From the NCBI GenBank assembly GCA_965287045.1, contig OZ336875.1, positions 16,368,001-16,432,000 of the forward strand: a stretch of DNA of 64,000 nt, written 5' to 3'. The translations under genes and the position numbers were made by a program. The notes under the pieces were generated by a model. That model searched no databases, was not told the origin of the DNA, and was given only the letters and a program-made list of their open reading frames with translations. Numbering within the stretch: position 1 is the stretch's first letter; each line of letters opens with the position of its first letter. Positions 60,618-64,000 of the stretch are shown here, one piece after another. This stretch comes from Carcharhinus amblyrhynchos. Taxonomy: Eukaryota.

Positions 60618-61862
60618 AGAGAAAACATGGCAGATATTTTCTGTAAACTGCAGGAAAAAAATGATGGATGAAGTGAAAATTAAGACACAATTTCCAAAGA
60701 TCATTCTGACTGAATCACACATGATTAGTGTCCATGGAATTGCACGTCCTTTGTAATTGCATCTCTTTTTCAATTGTGACAGCCTTTAAAGTGTGATGTT
60801 CTGCCTGAGGTTATCAGTCACTGTAATAACAACAAAGTAAGTTGGAGAAACTCAGCAAGTCGAGCAGCATCAATGGAGGGAAATAGAGTTAAAGTTTTTG
60901 GTTAGTGAACTGAAGAAAGATAGAAATGTTTAGGTTTTTAAGCCAGTGAAAGGACAAGAGGGCAAGGAAAACAAGATTGTCCGTGTATGGAAGCGTTTGT
61001 TAATGGTAGTTAATTGTTTGCATAGAGACACAAGTTTGGAACTGCCAGTTTACGCCAAAGCTGGCAGAATAGTAATATGTTGTTTACGGACAGCACATAT
61101 GAGTCACAATTGTCGTGATGCATGAAGCCTATTCTGCATTCAGTGCCAGTGCTCGGCATTGTTATTTAGGTGTGATGTAGTTGAGGTTCTGTTAACTGTT
61201 ATACACCAATAATGAGATGATTGGAGAGTTGCAAATCTTTGAAGATGCATACTCTTGCATTCATCTTGTTAGATAAATGGCTCGAGGCATTCTCTGCTGA
61301 TTAAAATTAAAGTTCACTTTTGCATAATTGTCTGCAGTTTGACCTCTGTTTATCAGTGCGACAGGTGAACTTTATAGAGCACAGATATGCCAAGTAGGAT
61401 GGCATCTTTTTGAATGATAAAATGTAAGGTTGCAATGAGCAAATTTTCTTTTAGCTATCTTGTTTAACTGCAAAAAACAAATTTGATGAACTTCCTTGTA
61501 CTCTTCTATGAGAATATTATGCAGTGTGCATTCTACATTTGAGTGTTGATGTAATGTCCTGTTGCAGTTGCATTACAGAATTGATGTCCTTTTGTTTTTG
61601 AATGGTAACATGAAAATCTGTGCAACTGGCAAATTCGTATATCTAAGGCAACTGTTTGATTCATTAAAGCAACTGGTGGTGTTCCCATGCCCTATGTGCT
61701 GTGTGGAAGGAAGTTATTATGTTTAGTTATTATTGCCTCAGGCAGGTTTGTGTTCATGTGGCAATGAAGTTACTGTGAAAATCCCCTAGTTGTGCCTGTT
61801 TGGATGCACTGAAGGAGTATTTAGCATGACCAATGCATCTAAACCAGCGTGTCTTTCAGACT

Positions 61863-62480
61863 GATTTGATTTATTATTGTCACATGTATTAACATACAGT
61901 GAAAAGTATTGCTTCTTGCACACCATACAGACAAAGCGTACTGTTCATAAAGAAGGAAAGAAGAGAGTGCAGAATGTAGTGTTACAGTCATGGCTAGGGT
62001 GCAAGGTAAGTCCATTCAAAAGTCTAACATCAGCTGTTCTTGAGTCAATTGATACATGACCTCAGACTTTTGTATCTTTTTCCCAACAGAAGAAGGTGGA
62101 AGAGAGAATGGGTCCTCAATTATGCTGGCTGCTTTTCCAAGGCAGTGGGAAGTGTAGACAGAGATAATGGATGGGAGACTAGTTTCTGTGATGGTTTGGG
62201 CTACATTCACAACCTTTTGTAGTTTCTTGAGGACTTGGGCAGAGCAGGAGCCATACAAAGCTGTGATATAACCAGAGAGAATGTTTTCTGTTCTGCATCT
62301 GTAAGAGTCATAACTGACATGCCAAATTTCCTTGGTCTTCTGAGAAAGTAGAGGTGTTAGTGGGCTTTTTTAACTATAGTATTGGCATGGGGGGATCAGG
62401 ACAGGTTCTTGGTGATCTGGACACCTAAAAACATGAAGCTCTCGACCCTTTCTACTTCATCCTTGTTGATGTGGGAGAGG
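61863..62480 (-). mobile_element. Rex1/Babar-type LINE 3' end
   Basis: Collinear with 49931-50590; ORF 62016-62258 YGSCSAQVLKKLQKVVNVAQTIT. Confidence 0.8.
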
Positions 62481-62624
62481 TGACGTATGAAGCTGATTTC
62501 AAGTCATAATATTTGCTAACTTGAGAGATAACTGCTTTGGTGAGGGAATTCAGTGTTTGTGAAATTACCTGGTGTGAGAATGGAAGGAGGAATCTGCCCT
62601 GAAGAATGTCCCCAAGCTCAAATG

Positions 62625-63055
62625 TTTAAAGTTTATTTATTAGTCACAAGTAAGGCTTACAGTAATACTGCAATTAAATTACTGTGAAATTCCCCTAGTC
62701 ACCACAGTCTGGCACCTGTTCGGTCAATGTATCTAACCAGCAGATCTTTCAGACTGTGGGAGGAAATCGGAGCACCTGAAGGAAACTCACCCAGACACGG
62801 AGAACATGCAAACGCCACATAAACACCAACCCAAGCTGGCAATCAAACCCAGATCCCTGGTACTGAGACAGCAGTGCTAACCACTGTGCCATGAGAAAAA
62901 AGACCAAATGCTGGCCTGATTTTAGAATGTTTTGGAATGCGTGCTTAACTCGCGCAGGCACAGGGAGAAGGTGCAAACTCTGCATATACAGTGACCCAAG
63001 GCAGGAATTGACCCTGGGTCTCTGGCGTTGAGACAGCAGTGTTAATCACTGCCCA
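62625..63055 (-). mobile_element. HE1/V-type SINE (62625-62892) plus a SINE head (62955-63055)
   Basis: Reverse-complement tail AAAGTTTATTTATTAGTCACAAG, core CTGTGGGAGGAAA, head GCAGTGCTAACCACTGTGCC. Confidence 0.85.
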
Positions 63056-64000
63056 TTAGCAATGCATTCATACAAATTTTCTACTGGCGCAAAGCAGTAT
63101 CAGTTTTGGATTGATTCTAGATTTTTTGTGTGTATTTTGCTTATGAGAGTCACATTCCTTTACAGAATCTTGCCCTGCTTTGTTCTGATGTCAGATTCTG
63201 CCAAGATTCAGAGTACATTAGTGCTTTAACAGCAGTTTTGGAATGAAAGAAAACTTGGTTTATACCAGTACATTCCAGCTCGTTTTGCAGCAGTAGAATC
63301 ATAAAATGTAGAAAATCTGGATCTGCAGTTCTGTTACCTGAAAAAGACAGTTATTTTTAATATAAAAGAATAGTAAATTGTGGTGTAAGGTTGACCTGGT
63401 GGATGAAACAACTCTCTTTTATCGGTCTAAAAAAGTCATGTTATTTATGTATTCAGCATACAAGTTGACTTCTTCAACCATGACGTGTTTTATTCATTAG
63501 CTGTCAGCCTTAGTTTTTCACCCCACAAATACCATTACCGTATAACTGGGATCAAGCAGGTGATGCAGACTGTTGTGAAGATGAGTGTGAGTTTAAGACC
63601 ATGAAGAACAGACAACAGAGAAATGAGTCTTCCAGCAAGTTTGAGTTTTATTTAATAGTGTCACTAGTAGGCTTACGTTAACACTGCAATGAAATTAGTG
63701 TGAAAATCTCCTAGTAGCAACGCTCCAGCACCTGTTTGGATACACTGGGGGAGAACTTAGCATGGTCTGCACCTATCCAGCGTGTCTTTTGGACTGTGAA
63801 GATTGAAGCTGATTTCAAGCTAAAAGTCGTAATATTTGCTAACTGAAGAGGTAACTGCTTCGGTGAGGCAATTCAGTGGTTGTGAGATTAAATAGTGTGA
63901 GAATGGAAGGAGGAGCCGTGAAGAAGATGTCCAAGGCCATGAGAAAAAGGACCAAACACTGGCGTGACCTTAAAAGAATGTTTTAGAATGGGTGCTGGAA

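Noticed and set aside
1-64000. Prokaryotic systems (CRISPR arrays, operons, defence islands, retrons)
   Set aside because: Vertebrate intergenic/intronic DNA; no repeat-spacer arrays or dense ORFs. All RT ORFs are non-LTR retrotransposon ORF2 pieces.

Overview
Eukaryotic (vertebrate) genomic DNA, not prokaryotic. The repeat content (HE1/V-type SINEs, Deu-domain SINEs, abundant CR1 LINEs, Penelope-derived inverted repeats) points to a shark or other elasmobranch (inference). Bases 1 to about 55700 are a TE-dense intergenic region. A CpG-island promoter (about 55770-56750) leads into the first coding exon of a liprin-alpha gene, most like PPFIA4 (56490-56732, + strand), and the rest of the window is its intron. 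Nearly all listed ORFs are transposon fragments, antisense shadows or chance ORFs. Highlights: (1) small Penelope-derived insertions with 12-13 bp target-site duplications carrying hammerhead ribozyme cores, one structurally complete at 51289-51330; (2) a composite inverted templated insertion at 34321-34469 copied from two sites 1-1.6 kb away; (3) an unexplained coding-like block at about 9310-10565, possibly an endogenous viral element or decayed transposon gene; (4) a 700 bp solo LTR with perfect TSD; (5) a near full-length CR1 with an esterase-type ORF1 and an in-frame 87 bp duplication; (6) a family of GGGC-TIR MITEs with 3 bp TSDs, one in a three-level nest. TE family names come from recognised motifs, not database searches, and many boundaries are approximate.
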